Source of the DNA: an uncultured Bacilli bacterium
Lineage (GTDB): Bacteria; Bacillota_I; Bacilli_A; RF39; UBA660
Length of the DNA: 44,592 bases
NCBI GenBank assembly: GCA_944358115.1
Contig: CALVQH010000004.1
Span: 1 to 44,592, forward strand
Reading direction: 5' to 3'
Part shown: in pieces, positions 10,582-20,395 of the stretch
How positions within the stretch are numbered: the first letter of the stretch is position 1
Layout of the letters: every line of letters starts with the position of its first letter
Notes under the pieces: model-generated
Database searches by the model: none
Seen by the model: the letters and a program-made list of their open reading frames with translations, nothing else
What the model was told of the DNA's origin: nothing
Made by a program: the position numbers and the translations under genes

Positions 10582-11590
10582 TTTTGATTATGATTTACCA
10601 GAAGAATTAATTGCTCAAACACCAATTAAAGAGCGCGATCAATCTAGACTTATGGTACTTGATAAGAAAATGGGAGCAATTAAGCATAAACATTTCCATG
10701 ATATTTTAGAGGAATTACATGCAGGAGATGTACTTGTTTTAAATGATACAAAAGTAATTCCCGCAAGATTAATTGGTAAAAAGGTGAGTACAGGAGCCGT
10801 GATTGAGTTATTGCTTTTAAAGGATTTGGGTAATAATATTTGGGAGTGTTTATCTCGCCCTGCTAAGAGGCTCAAGGTTGGAACGATTGTTACTTTTTCG
10901 GAAAAATTACAAGCTGAAGTGGTAGAAAAAAAGGATGAAGGAATTGTTCATGTAAAACTTCTTTATCAAGGTATTTTAATGGAAATATTAGACGAACTTG
11001 GAGAAATGCCTCTTCCTCCTTATATTCATGAGAAATTAAAAGAAAAAGATCGCTATCAAACGGTGTATGCGAAAAATATTGGTAGTGCAGCTGCTCCTAC
11101 AGCAGGGCTTCATTTTACCAAAGAATTATTAGAGGAAATTAAAGCAAAAGGGGTAGAAGTTTTATTTATTACTCTTCATGTTGGTTTAGGAACTTTTAGA
11201 CCAGTAGAAGAGGAAAACATATTAGATCATCATATGCATAGTGAATTTTATCAAATGACAAAGGAAGTTGCCGATCGTCTTAATTTAGCAAAAAAAGAGC
11301 ATCGAAAGATTTATGCGGTAGGTACTACTTCTACGAGAACACTTGAGGCAATTATGCATGAATATCATGAATTTAGAGAATGTTCTGGTAATACCGAAAT
11401 ATTTATCTATCCTGGTTTTGAATTTCAAGCAATTGATGGTTTGATTACCAATTTTCATTTACCTAAATCCACATTATTAATGCTAGTTAGTGCTCTTGCT
11501 TCAAGAGAAATTATTTTAAATGCTTATAGAGAAGCAGTTAAGGAAAGATATCGTTTCTTTTCTTTTGGAGATGCGATGTTTATTAAATAA
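10568..11590 (+). CDS. queA: S-adenosylmethionine:tRNA ribosyltransferase-isomerase
   Basis: [37 protein letters not shown]. Confidence 0.99.
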   Translation: MNLSDFDYDLPEELIAQTPIKERDQSRLMVLDKKMGAIKHKHFHDILEELHAGDVLVLNDTKVIPARLIGKKVSTGAVIELLLLKDLGNNIWECLSRPAKRLKVGTIVTFSEKLQAEVVEKKDEGIVHVKLLYQGILMEILDELGEMPLPPYIHEKLKEKDRYQTVYAKNIGSAAAPTAGLHFTKELLEEIKAKGVEVLFITLHVGLGTFRPVEEENILDHHMHSEFYQMTKEVADRLNLAKKEHRKIYAVGTTSTRTLEAIMHEYHEFRECSGNTEIFIYPGFEFQAIDGLITNFHLPKSTLLMLVSALASREIILNAYREAVKERYRFFSFGDAMFIK

Positions 11591-11594
11591 CATA

Positions 11595-11620
11595 AAAAGT
11601 AGATCGGTTGATCTACTTTT
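11595..11620. terminator. Bidirectional terminator between queA and rpn
   Basis: Perfect 11-bp inverted repeat aaaagtagatc/gatctactttt. Confidence 0.8.
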
Positions 11621-12458
11621 CGTTTTCTTTTAAATTTTCAATTTCTTCCATTGATAGACCTGTAAATTTAGAAATATCTTCTATCTTTATATTTGCTTCT
11701 ATCATTTGCTTTGCTATTTCAACATTTCGCTGAGCAATTCCTTCTTCTTTTCCTAATTCATAACCAGTACTTTTGGCAATTTGAATATCCCATTTGTTTA
11801 ATTTTTCCCTTGTTTCCTCATCATTTACATATTTGTCAATCCATTCATTTAGCTCCACCAATAACTCATCTCCCTTAGCTATACTATTTCGTTCCTCTTT
11901 ATTTCTTGCAGCGATAAACTGTAGCCAACGTTCTAGTACATTATTAGTATAACCTAACTTTCTGGCTTTGTCAATTTGCACGACCTTGATAACAAAGAAG
12001 TTTTCTAGTAATTTGATTTTAGGATTTTTATCATAAGCAATATGGAAGTTTGCAACTAATTCATCACCAAGTTTTAAACTAGTTTTTTCTACAAAGTTAA
12101 TTTGAATTGTTTTACCTAGTTTGTAATAATCATTTCCGACTTCTAATTTATTTGCTTGAATACGCATGACATAATAAAGACTTTTATCAATAGAATTCGT
12201 GTTAAACACTTGATACGCTTCTAAATTGATAGTCATGTCATCAAAGTGAATGATAATGTCTCCACGAACACTTTTTTCTTTGGCGTTCTCTTTTTCTAAA
12301 GGGCTTTCATATTTCACCTCTAACTTATTTTTTAAATACCCTTCAGGGTATTCTAGTAAAAGCTCTAGTAAGAATTCTAGTTGCCGGCGATTATCTTTAT
12401 CAGCAAAAGTTTCTTTAAATAATATATCATTCATAAGAGAATCTGTTTTTGGGTACAT
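11613..12458 (-). CDS. Rpn family / PD-(D/E)XK nuclease (putative transposase)
   Basis: D.LFKETF, RGDI...INLEAY catalytic-type motif, C-terminal GKEEG..EIAKQM..ISKFTGLSMEEIE tail; GGAGG RBS. Confidence 0.85.
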   Translation of the reverse strand: MYPKTDSLMNDILFKETFADKDNRRQLEFLLELLLEYPEGYLKNKLEVKYESPLEKENAKEKSVRGDIIIHFDDMTINLEAYQVFNTNSIDKSLYYVMRIQANKLEVGNDYYKLGKTIQINFVEKTSLKLGDELVANFHIAYDKNPKIKLLENFFVIKVVQIDKARKLGYTNNVLERWLQFIAARNKEERNSIAKGDELLVELNEWIDKYVNDEETREKLNKWDIQIAKSTGYELGKEEGIAQRNVEIAKQMIEANIKIEDISKFTGLSMEEIENLKENEK

Positions 12459-12673
12459 AAGGCCACCTCCAAAGGCACTATACTAAAAGTAGGAAAGTAA
12501 GTCAAATTGCTAATTTGATAGCATTCGCCAACCAAATTGATAGGTTTTACATAGCAAAGCAATAGAATCCATTTATCAAATTGATATATTTAGCATATTT
12601 TATATTTTTTTTGAAAAAATTTGGGATTGCTTAAATAGTAAAAATTAGGTATACTTATAGTAGGTGAGAATAG

Positions 12674-12829
12674 ATGAGATTTTATGAGAAATTAATTATT
12701 TTAATTATTTTATTTTTAGGTATAACAATTGGTACAGCAGCGATTATTGGTGTTTATGTGAAGACATCTAGTGGACAAGAAAGCAATGCTGATAATAGTA
12801 TTATCTTAGAAAATATTGATGTTTTATGA
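12674..12829 (+). CDS. Unlisted 51-aa single-pass membrane protein (position of YpfB)
   Basis: AGGTGAG RBS; MRFYEKLIILIILFLGITIGTAAIIGVYVKTSSGQESNADNSIILENIDVL; ATGA overlap with cmk. Confidence 0.75.
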   Translation: MRFYEKLIILIILFLGITIGTAAIIGVYVKTSSGQESNADNSIILENIDVL

Positions 12830-13449
12830 TTATTACAATTGATGGTTTAAGTGCAACAGGGAAAAGTACAGTTGCTAAAAGGCTTGCCCATACGCTTCAT
12901 TATTTATATTTTAATACTGGTCTTGTATATCGAATGGTTACCTATGTTATTTTAAAAAATCATTTAACAGATCCAAAAATGATCGTAGATTCATTGAATC
13001 AACTTGATTTTGAGTTAGAATCGGATCAAATCATTATGAATCATCAAAACATTACCGATATTTTATATACCGATGAAATTAGTTTATCTACATCCAAGTA
13101 TTCTAGTATTTTGGAAATCAAAGAATGGGTTCGGTCTATTCAAAAAAAGTATTTAAAACAAGGTAATATTATTATGGAAGGAAGGGATATTGGCTCTCGT
13201 GTTGCAAGGGATGCTGATATCAAGTTTTATTTGTATGCTTCTCTTGATGCAAGAGCAAAAAGACTTAGGAATCGTACGAAGAAACTTACTTTAGAGGAAG
13301 CAAAAAGGGAATTAAAAATGATAGATGAAAAAAATATGACATCAAAAGATTTTATAAAACCAGTTGATGCCATCCAAATTGATACGACTGATATGAGTTT
13401 AGAAGAAGTTTATACACATATGCTCAGTGTGATTCAGAAGAAGTTTTGA
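12826..13449 (+). CDS. cmk: Cytidylate kinase
   Basis: ITIDGLSATGKST, NTGLVYR, MEGRDIG, IDTT. Confidence 0.9.
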   Translation: MIITIDGLSATGKSTVAKRLAHTLHYLYFNTGLVYRMVTYVILKNHLTDPKMIVDSLNQLDFELESDQIIMNHQNITDILYTDEISLSTSKYSSILEIKEWVRSIQKKYLKQGNIIMEGRDIGSRVARDADIKFYLYASLDARAKRLRNRTKKLTLEEAKRELKMIDEKNMTSKDFIKPVDAIQIDTTDMSLEEVYTHMLSVIQKKF

Positions 13450-13789
13450 TCACTTCTTTGACAGCGTTACTGTATGCTCTAATAAGACCGCCTGCTCCTA
13501 GTTTTATTCCGCCAAAATATCTTACTACGGCGATTAGAGTATGATTTAAATTATTTTTTTCTAGTATATTTAAAATAGGCATGCCGCTTGTTCCGGATGG
13601 TTCTTTATCATCCGATTTTTTTATTTCTTGATCAATTTTATATGCATAGGGAATATGTCTTGCTTTTTTATGTTCTTTTTTTAAATCTTCTAGTATTTTT
13701 TTAACTTCTTTTGTAGAATCTACTTCATAATAATAAGCGATAAATTTTGATTTTTTGATTTCTAATGTACATGTATTTAATAATTTCAT
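13424..13789 (-). CDS. YigZ/IMPACT family protein (N-terminal domain only)
   Basis: IKKSKFIA, SDDKEPSGTSG, VVRYFGGIKLGAGGLIRAY; start moved to ATG 13789. Confidence 0.9.
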   Translation of the reverse strand: MKLLNTCTLEIKKSKFIAYYYEVDSTKEVKKILEDLKKEHKKARHIPYAYKIDQEIKKSDDKEPSGTSGMPILNILEKNNLNHTLIAVVRYFGGIKLGAGGLIRAYSNAVKEVIKTSSESH

Positions 13790-13851
13790 AACAAACACCA
13801 ATTTTATTATACTAAAAAATGTAGTATAATAAAAGAGTAGGTGATGCATTC

Positions 13852-15633
13852 ATGCTGAAAGATAAATTGAAATTAATTCCGCATTTACCAGGAAGCTATC
13901 AAATGAAAAATAGTGATGGCGTGATTATTTATGTTGGTAAAGCAAAGGATTTATATAAACGCGTTAATTCTTATTTTAATCGACCTCAAACAGGAAAAAC
14001 AGCAAAAATGGTGAGCGAGATTGCAGATTTTTCTTATATTGTTGCTAGTAGTGAATTAGAGGCTTTTCTTTTAGAGTTTAATTTAATTAAACAATATGAT
14101 CCCAAATATAATATTTTACTTAAAGATGATAAGAGTTATCCTTATATTGAATATATTAGTAAGCCTTATCCTAAACTTCAAGTATCTCGTTATTTAAATA
14201 TTCGTAAGAGAGATAAAAAGATGCTTTTTGGACCTTATCCGAATGCTTATGCAGCAAGAAGAATTGTCGAATTAATTAACCGTTTGTATCCTTTAAAAAA
14301 ATGTGATACGATGCCTAAGAAAGTCTGTTTGTATTATCATATCGATGAATGCTTAGGGTATTGTGAAAAAAAGGTGGATCCTGAAAAATTAAAAGAGATG
14401 GAAGCCGAAATATTGAGTTTTTTAAGAGGAAATGCTGATGTTTTAAAAAATAAAATATTAGAAAAAATTAATATGTATAGTGAACAACTTAATTTTGAAA
14501 TGGCTTTGGAGTTAAAAAAGGAACTTCAATATATTAGTATTATTTTAGATAAGCAAAAAATGGAATTACATGATTATGTGAATCGGGATGTTGTTGGTTT
14601 TTACTTTGACAAGGGCTATTTGAGTATTCAGATTCTTTTTCTTAGAAATGGAAGAATGGTTGGAGGACATACCGATATTTTTCCCGTTGTTAGTGATTAT
14701 CAAGATGAACTCGATACTTATCTTATGAATTTTTATAGTAGACATGAAGTACCAAAAGAAGTTTTGTGTCCAAAGGATGTCAATACCAGTATTTTAAGTG
14801 AGATTATGACATCGCATTTTGTTGTCCCTCAAAAGGGTAAGAAAAAGAATTTAGTTGATATGGCAAAAAAGAATGCCAAAATTAATTTAGAAAATGAACT
14901 TGAGATGATTATTCGTGATGAAGAAAAAACTGAGAAAGCAAACGATGAATTAAAAGATCTTTTAGGACTTTCTAAGTTAGATCGCATTGATTTGTTTGAT
15001 AACTCGAATCTTTTTGGCTCTTTTACCGTTAGTTGTATGGTTGTTTTTAAACAAGGTAGACCGGCGAAGAAAGAATATCGAAAATATAAAATTAGTTTAG
15101 ATAAAAATGATGATTATCATACGATGCAAGAGGTTATTTATAGGAGATATTACCGGGCACTTGTAGATAAAACGGAGTTGCCGGATCTGATTATTGTCGA
15201 TGGTGGGATTAATCAAATTAATGCTTGTTTAGAAGTATTAAATAGTTTAAATTTAAATATTCGGGTATGTGGTTTAAGAAAAAATGATAAACATAGAACG
15301 AATGATCTTATTGATTCTCTTGGTTACCGGATAATTCCTCTTGATAAAACTAGTTCTGTTTTTCATTATTTAACTAGAATGCAAGATGAAGTGCATCGCT
15401 ATACGATTAGCTATCACCGAACGATTCGAAGTAAAGGAGCAATTAGTAGTGTTTTAGATAATATTGAGGGAATTGGGGCAAAAAGAAAAAAAGAACTTAT
15501 TAAAACGTTTGGTAGTCTTGCTAAAATTCGGGATGCCAAATTAGAAGAATTAACGGCTATTTTGCCAGAAAATATAGCGATTCGTTTGCAAGAATATTTA
15601 CGCGAAAAAGAAGAAGAGAAAGATCATAAATAG
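13852..15633 (+). CDS. uvrC: Excinuclease ABC subunit C
   Basis: GIY-YIG IIYVGKAK, YNILLKDDKSYPY, FDNSN, DEVHR, C-terminal HhH. Confidence 0.98.
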   Translation: MLKDKLKLIPHLPGSYQMKNSDGVIIYVGKAKDLYKRVNSYFNRPQTGKTAKMVSEIADFSYIVASSELEAFLLEFNLIKQYDPKYNILLKDDKSYPYIEYISKPYPKLQVSRYLNIRKRDKKMLFGPYPNAYAARRIVELINRLYPLKKCDTMPKKVCLYYHIDECLGYCEKKVDPEKLKEMEAEILSFLRGNADVLKNKILEKINMYSEQLNFEMALELKKELQYISIILDKQKMELHDYVNRDVVGFYFDKGYLSIQILFLRNGRMVGGHTDIFPVVSDYQDELDTYLMNFYSRHEVPKEVLCPKDVNTSILSEIMTSHFVVPQKGKKKNLVDMAKKNAKINLENELEMIIRDEEKTEKANDELKDLLGLSKLDRIDLFDNSNLFGSFTVSCMVVFKQGRPAKKEYRKYKISLDKNDDYHTMQEVIYRRYYRALVDKTELPDLIIVDGGINQINACLEVLNSLNLNIRVCGLRKNDKHRTNDLIDSLGYRIIPLDKTSSVFHYLTRMQDEVHRYTISYHRTIRSKGAISSVLDNIEGIGAKRKKELIKTFGSLAKIRDAKLEELTAILPENIAIRLQEYLREKEEEKDHK

Positions 15634-15641
15634 GAGGTTTC

Positions 15642-16769
15642 ATGCAGAAATTAATTACAATCAAAAAAGATGAATCCATTTTGGTTTCCAGTCAAGTAGA
15701 AAGTTTTTTAAAACCAGATTATGTTTATCTTCCTTTGCTAAATGAAGACCATATTTTGGTACGTTTAAAGGATAAAATAAAAATTGGGGATGCCTTAGAA
15801 CAGGCTTCTTCTTATTTAGCACCTGTTTCTGGAGTTGTACGGGGACTAAAAAAAATGACTTCTTTGAAAAACGTTTCTTATTTTTTTGAAATTGAAAATG
15901 ATTTTGAGGAAAGAAGGAAAGAGGAAGCCAAAATTAAACGTAAAATTTCTAAAAAAGAGTTTCTATCCTTGTTTCCCAATCTTGCTCATAAAAAAAATGT
16001 TGTATTAAATGCGATAGATGATGAAGTTTATGTTTCTACAGAGAATTTTTATTTGTTTTTACATTATGAAGAATTTTTAGAATTATTAGATAAAATGTAT
16101 CAATTGTTTTCACTTGAAAATATTTATGTTTGTTTAAGGGCCAGTAGTAGTGAGAATATTACCCAGTTGATGAGTGATTTAGGAATGTATCCGCATATTT
16201 TATTAAAAATGGTTCCTGATACTTATTTATTGGGGCAATCTTCTTTTTTACTTTCTTATTTGGGTCTTCATGAAGAAGATACAGAGGTTATTTTGGCGAG
16301 CAAGCTAAATGATGCTTATTCCTTTCTTGTTCGTGGTAGAACTAAGAGTGATCAACTGATTACCATTAGTGGTAATGTAGTTAAAAAGCCGATGGTTATT
16401 CAAGTAAAGGTAGGCTCTTTGCTGCAAGATATCGTAAATGAGTTAGTTTGTATAACAAGTGATGATGTTTTGTATTTTGCTAATGGACTTATGAGGGGAA
16501 AAGAGATTTGTCTTGATTCTTTTGTGGTCACAGAAGAGTTAAATAGTTTACTGATTATGAAAAGGCAAGAAAAAGAAAAAGCTGGAAAATGTATTCGTTG
16601 TGGTATGTGTCATGATATTTGTCCAGTTCATTTACATCCTTTGCTTTTTTCTAATCCTACTTATTGGGAACAAGCTGAAAATAAATGTATAAAATGTGGG
16701 TTATGCTCATATATATGTCCTGTACATATTCAGTTTTTGTTAGATAGAAAGGAAGAACATCATGAATAA
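15642..16769 (+). CDS. Divergent RnfC-like protein with 2x[4Fe-4S] domain
   Basis: APVSGVV, SLBB-like ITISG..VKKP..VGS, GLMRG, CIRCGMCHDICP and CIKCGLCSYICP. Confidence 0.75.
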   Translation: MQKLITIKKDESILVSSQVESFLKPDYVYLPLLNEDHILVRLKDKIKIGDALEQASSYLAPVSGVVRGLKKMTSLKNVSYFFEIENDFEERRKEEAKIKRKISKKEFLSLFPNLAHKKNVVLNAIDDEVYVSTENFYLFLHYEEFLELLDKMYQLFSLENIYVCLRASSSENITQLMSDLGMYPHILLKMVPDTYLLGQSSFLLSYLGLHEEDTEVILASKLNDAYSFLVRGRTKSDQLITISGNVVKKPMVIQVKVGSLLQDIVNELVCITSDDVLYFANGLMRGKEICLDSFVVTEELNSLLIMKRQEKEKAGKCIRCGMCHDICPVHLHPLLFSNPTYWEQAENKCIKCGLCSYICPVHIQFLLDRKEEHHE

Positions 16770-17643
16770 TATTCCTTATTTACATTATGAGAAAGATCAA
16801 AAGAGTTTGGTTAAAGCTTATTATATTGCTCTTATACCCATTCTCTTGTTTGGCTTTTATAAGAATGGCATTATGTTGTATCAAAACAATTATGTTTCTT
16901 TTGGCGATGCTTTGATTCCTCTTTATTTTTATTTTATTAGTGCTGTTGTGGGTTTTTTGGTTGCTTTTATTACCAAAGAAAAAAGGAGTCAAATCATTTT
17001 TTATGCTCTGCTTATTTCTTGTAGTGTGTCTATCAATACCAATATGTTTTTATATCCGGTATTGTTATTTGTAGGGCTATTTGTTAGTCTTTATCTAGCT
17101 CATAAATGGCAAATTCATACTCTTTCTCTTACGAGAATTATTCTTATTTTAGCACTTTTTTTAGGAACTTATTCTTATCTTAATGTAAGTGAGAAAATAG
17201 GTGCTTTTAATTATGATTTATGGGACTTGTTTTTTGGTTATGGTAGTGGTGGAATTGCGACAACAAGTTTTTTATTTTTACTTTTTAGTTTTCTTATTTT
17301 GCTTTTTAATCCGTTTTATAAAAAGTGGATTCCTCTTAGTGCAAGTGCTAGTTTTGCCATTTTATTTTTTCTTCTTTTTCCCTTTACAAAAGATGCTTAT
17401 TATTTGGAAAGCATCTTAAATGGAACTGTTTATTTTGGCTTTGTGTTTGTAGCAACCGATTTTTATGTTACGCCTAGTTCTAAAAAGGGAATGATTATTT
17501 ATGGATTATTAATTGGACTTTTATCAGCTATTTTAGGGATCTTTATTCCTATTTATGAAATTAGTTATATTAGTATTTTTCTTGTTAGTTTTATCATTCC
17601 TTTGATTGATCGCTTTTGTTATCAAAAATATTTACATTCTTAA
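16762..17643 (+). CDS. Divergent RnfD-like membrane protein
   Basis: Polytopic; LFFGYGSGGIATTS, FVATDFYVTP..KGMIIYG resemble RnfD/NqrB; overlaps rnfC-like gene. Confidence 0.75.
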   Translation: MNNIPYLHYEKDQKSLVKAYYIALIPILLFGFYKNGIMLYQNNYVSFGDALIPLYFYFISAVVGFLVAFITKEKRSQIIFYALLISCSVSINTNMFLYPVLLFVGLFVSLYLAHKWQIHTLSLTRIILILALFLGTYSYLNVSEKIGAFNYDLWDLFFGYGSGGIATTSFLFLLFSFLILLFNPFYKKWIPLSASASFAILFFLLFPFTKDAYYLESILNGTVYFGFVFVATDFYVTPSSKKGMIIYGLLIGLLSAILGIFIPIYEISYISIFLVSFIIPLIDRFCYQKYLHS

Positions 17644-17659
17644 GTTTATGTGTTATAGT
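17631..17659 (+). promoter_or_regulatory. sigmaA-like promoter upstream of adhesin-sortase operon
   Basis: TTTACA-17 nt-TATAGT with TG extension. Confidence 0.55.
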
Positions 17660-17669
17660 ATACTCATTC

Positions 17670-17726
17670 ACTCGTAAAAAATTCTTATTCTAGGGATAAG
17701 TAGGTATTTTTACGAGTTTTTCTTTT
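17670..17726 (+). terminator. Long hairpin plus T-run (terminator or attenuator)
   Basis: actcgtaaaaa/tttttacgagt 11-bp stem, inner cttattc/ggataag stem, then ttttctttt. Confidence 0.7.
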
Positions 17727-17745
17727 GATCTAGATAAGGATACAA

Positions 17746-19761
17746 ATGAAGAAAATACTAAAATTATTTTTATGTTTATTTACTTTTATGATTGCTAGTA
17801 AAACAGTTATGGCAGTCGAACAAAATTATATTTATTTGGGAGATGAAATTCCCAATGTTAGGCTTCATTTAAAGACACCAGATGTAGAAAAAAATAAAAA
17901 GATGTATCAAATTATTAATCGTAATACGGGAGAGCTTGTATACTGTATTGAACCCGGTGTTGTTTTAAAGAATGGGTATTTTAATGCTTATCAGGATATT
18001 AGACAAACTGGGCTTCAATTAACTGATGAGGATTGGCAACAAATGCTTTTAATCGCTTATTTTGGTTATGGCTATGAGGGACGAGAAGATTTAAAATGGT
18101 ATACGATTACCCAGTTTATGATTTGGGATTATTTATTAGAAGATACAGGAGAAATTTATTTTATTAATGATAAGAATGAGAAAATTAATTTGTATCAAGA
18201 AGAAATTAATTTAATCAAAGAAGATATGAAGCATTATTATGATTTGCCTACTTTTATGAGTGCGGATGAAACAATTAAGTATACAGCTAAATTAAATGAG
18301 AAAGTAACACTTGTGGATGAAGCAAATTTGATTGGAAAGTTTTCTGTTAATACCAATCAAGAGTACAGTATTTCTGGTAATGAATTTACGATTTCTTTTA
18401 CGACACCAGGAACTCATTATGTTTATTTTTGGAAAGATTCCGGGATGAGAAATATGGCTAAAATATTTTGCAGTCCTTCTAGCCAAACCGTTATGAATCG
18501 TGGTATTTTAGATATTCCGGTGGCTACGATTCAGTTTGATATTCCCAATCCTACTTTTACTTTCACTAAGAAAAGTAGTGGAAAATCTTCTTTATCTTTA
18601 GCGGGTGCTAAATATGGAATTTTTTATGAAAATGGCTATTTATATAAAGAATTTACAACGGATGAGGAAGGAAGGGCTGAGTTTTTAATTGATCTTGGCA
18701 GTTGGTATTTACAAGAATTAGAGGCTCCTTATGGTTATGAACTTAATCCCGAGAAGATTTATTTTGAAGTGATCGATGGGGATGTTACTTTAGAAGGAGA
18801 AGACTCTCTTATTTATAAAAGAATTATGTTAGAAAAATATTTAGAACATATTGATGGCTCTTTATCACTAGAAAAAAATGCTCAATTTTCAGTATATGAT
18901 GCAAAGACGGAAGAACTTGTTACTTCTTTTACAACTGATGAATATGGAAAATATGAACTTACTCTTCCTTATGGTGAGTATATATTAAAACAAACAGCTT
19001 CTACGGAAGGGTACAAGCTTGCTTCTGATATTTTTCTTACTATTGATGATGAAACGGAAGATTTAACAATTCTGTCCGTATTAAATCCAGAAATTAAAGG
19101 AAGTTTAATTATTAATAAAATCGATCAAGATAGTGAGGAACTGATTTTAGAAGAAGCATCTTTTCAAATTTGGGATGTTGTTCACGAGCGTTTTTTAACA
19201 ATTGATGGTGAAGATACATTTCAAACGATCGAAGGAAAACTTTATATTGAGAATATTCCTTATGGTAGCTATGAACTAGTAGAAGTAGAAGCACCAGAGG
19301 GTTATCAGATTTCTTTCCAACGTTATGCTTTTAGTGTTACCGAAGATGAGGAAGAAATTACGATTAATGTTACTAACGAGCTTAAAAAAGGAACACTTGT
19401 GATTGAAAAGGTTGATGAAAATTTACAGCCATTAGAGGGAGTTTTGTTTGGCTTATATGATGATTGTGGGAATTTAATGGAAACATACTACACTGATAAG
19501 GATGGTAAAATAATGATTGAAAACTTATTAGAAGGTACTTATTTTATTGAAGAATTAGAGACAGTTTCCGGTTATGAGCGGTTAGAAGGACTTCTTTCTG
19601 TTGAAGTGAAGGCAGATACAGTTAATACCTTTAAAGTAACTAATCGTTTACAAATTGAAGTTCCAAAAACGGGAACCAATGAATTTTTACTTACCATATT
19701 ATTTGCTTCTTTGTGTTTAATTGTAGGGGCATTTATTTGTAATTATGATCAGGATCATTAA
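17746..19761 (+). CDS. Sortase-anchored adhesin: thioester domain plus SpaA/CnaB-type repeats
   Basis: Signal peptide; YCIEPG and TQFMIW thioester-domain motifs; repeated E..AP.GY / IEK..G modules; VPKTG + TM helix. Confidence 0.85.
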   Translation: MKKILKLFLCLFTFMIASKTVMAVEQNYIYLGDEIPNVRLHLKTPDVEKNKKMYQIINRNTGELVYCIEPGVVLKNGYFNAYQDIRQTGLQLTDEDWQQMLLIAYFGYGYEGREDLKWYTITQFMIWDYLLEDTGEIYFINDKNEKINLYQEEINLIKEDMKHYYDLPTFMSADETIKYTAKLNEKVTLVDEANLIGKFSVNTNQEYSISGNEFTISFTTPGTHYVYFWKDSGMRNMAKIFCSPSSQTVMNRGILDIPVATIQFDIPNPTFTFTKKSSGKSSLSLAGAKYGIFYENGYLYKEFTTDEEGRAEFLIDLGSWYLQELEAPYGYELNPEKIYFEVIDGDVTLEGEDSLIYKRIMLEKYLEHIDGSLSLEKNAQFSVYDAKTEELVTSFTTDEYGKYELTLPYGEYILKQTASTEGYKLASDIFLTIDDETEDLTILSVLNPEIKGSLIINKIDQDSEELILEEASFQIWDVVHERFLTIDGEDTFQTIEGKLYIENIPYGSYELVEVEAPEGYQISFQRYAFSVTEDEEEITINVTNELKKGTLVIEKVDENLQPLEGVLFGLYDDCGNLMETYYTDKDGKIMIENLLEGTYFIEELETVSGYERLEGLLSVEVKADTVNTFKVTNRLQIEVPKTGTNEFLLTILFASLCLIVGAFICNYDQDH

Positions 19762-20287
19762 AATTTCAGGTATTCTTTTGGTGCTTTTAGGAGTACTCAT
19801 TCCTATTACTACTTTTACTAAATATAAAGTAGAAGAATATCGATATGAGGTTGTGATGAATGAAAAAATAGAAAACAATGATTATTATGCCTTACTTGAA
19901 ATTGATGCGATTGATTTACGAAGAGAAATTTATGAAGTAGATAGTAAATATAATCAAGTTAATCAAAATATTTTGCTACATGAGGCAAGTGTGATGCCAA
20001 CAGATGAAGGTAATAGTCATGTTATTTTAGCGGCTCATTCGGGTAATGGTGCTCATGCTTATTTTAAAGATCTTTATTTGTTAAAGATAAGTGATACGAT
20101 TAAGTTTTATTATCAAGGAAAGATTTGGTATTATGAAATTGTTGATATTGAATATCAAGAGAAAACGGGTATCTTATATTTAAGAGAAGATTTTGAGCAA
20201 ATGATTACTTTAATTACTTGTACAAAAGGAAATCGTGATGCACAAACGATCTATTATGGTGTTTTAAAAGACGTAAAAAGCTTATAA
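19745..20287 (+). CDS. Sortase
   Basis: N-terminal TM, ILAAHSG, TLITCT catalytic motif; overlaps adhesin gene. Confidence 0.9.
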   Translation: MIRIIKISGILLVLLGVLIPITTFTKYKVEEYRYEVVMNEKIENNDYYALLEIDAIDLRREIYEVDSKYNQVNQNILLHEASVMPTDEGNSHVILAAHSGNGAHAYFKDLYLLKISDTIKFYYQGKIWYYEIVDIEYQEKTGILYLREDFEQMITLITCTKGNRDAQTIYYGVLKDVKSL

Positions 20288-20294
20288 AATGATG

Positions 20295-20331
20295 AAAAAT
20301 GCAAGTTTTTTTGAAAAATTTGCATTTTTTT
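20295..20331. terminator. Terminator after sortase
   Basis: aaaaatgcaagtttt/aaaatttgcattttt inverted repeat. Confidence 0.65.
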
Positions 20332-20395
20332 GAAGGATTTTCGAGGGGTTCGGGTAATAAATATAATTAGAAGTGCAAATTAGAGGGGTGATGAT

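Noticed and set aside
20332..20360. sigmaH promoter before dnaG (GAAGGATTT..GGTAAT)
   Set aside because: -35 fits but -10 deviates from GAAT; too weak to list
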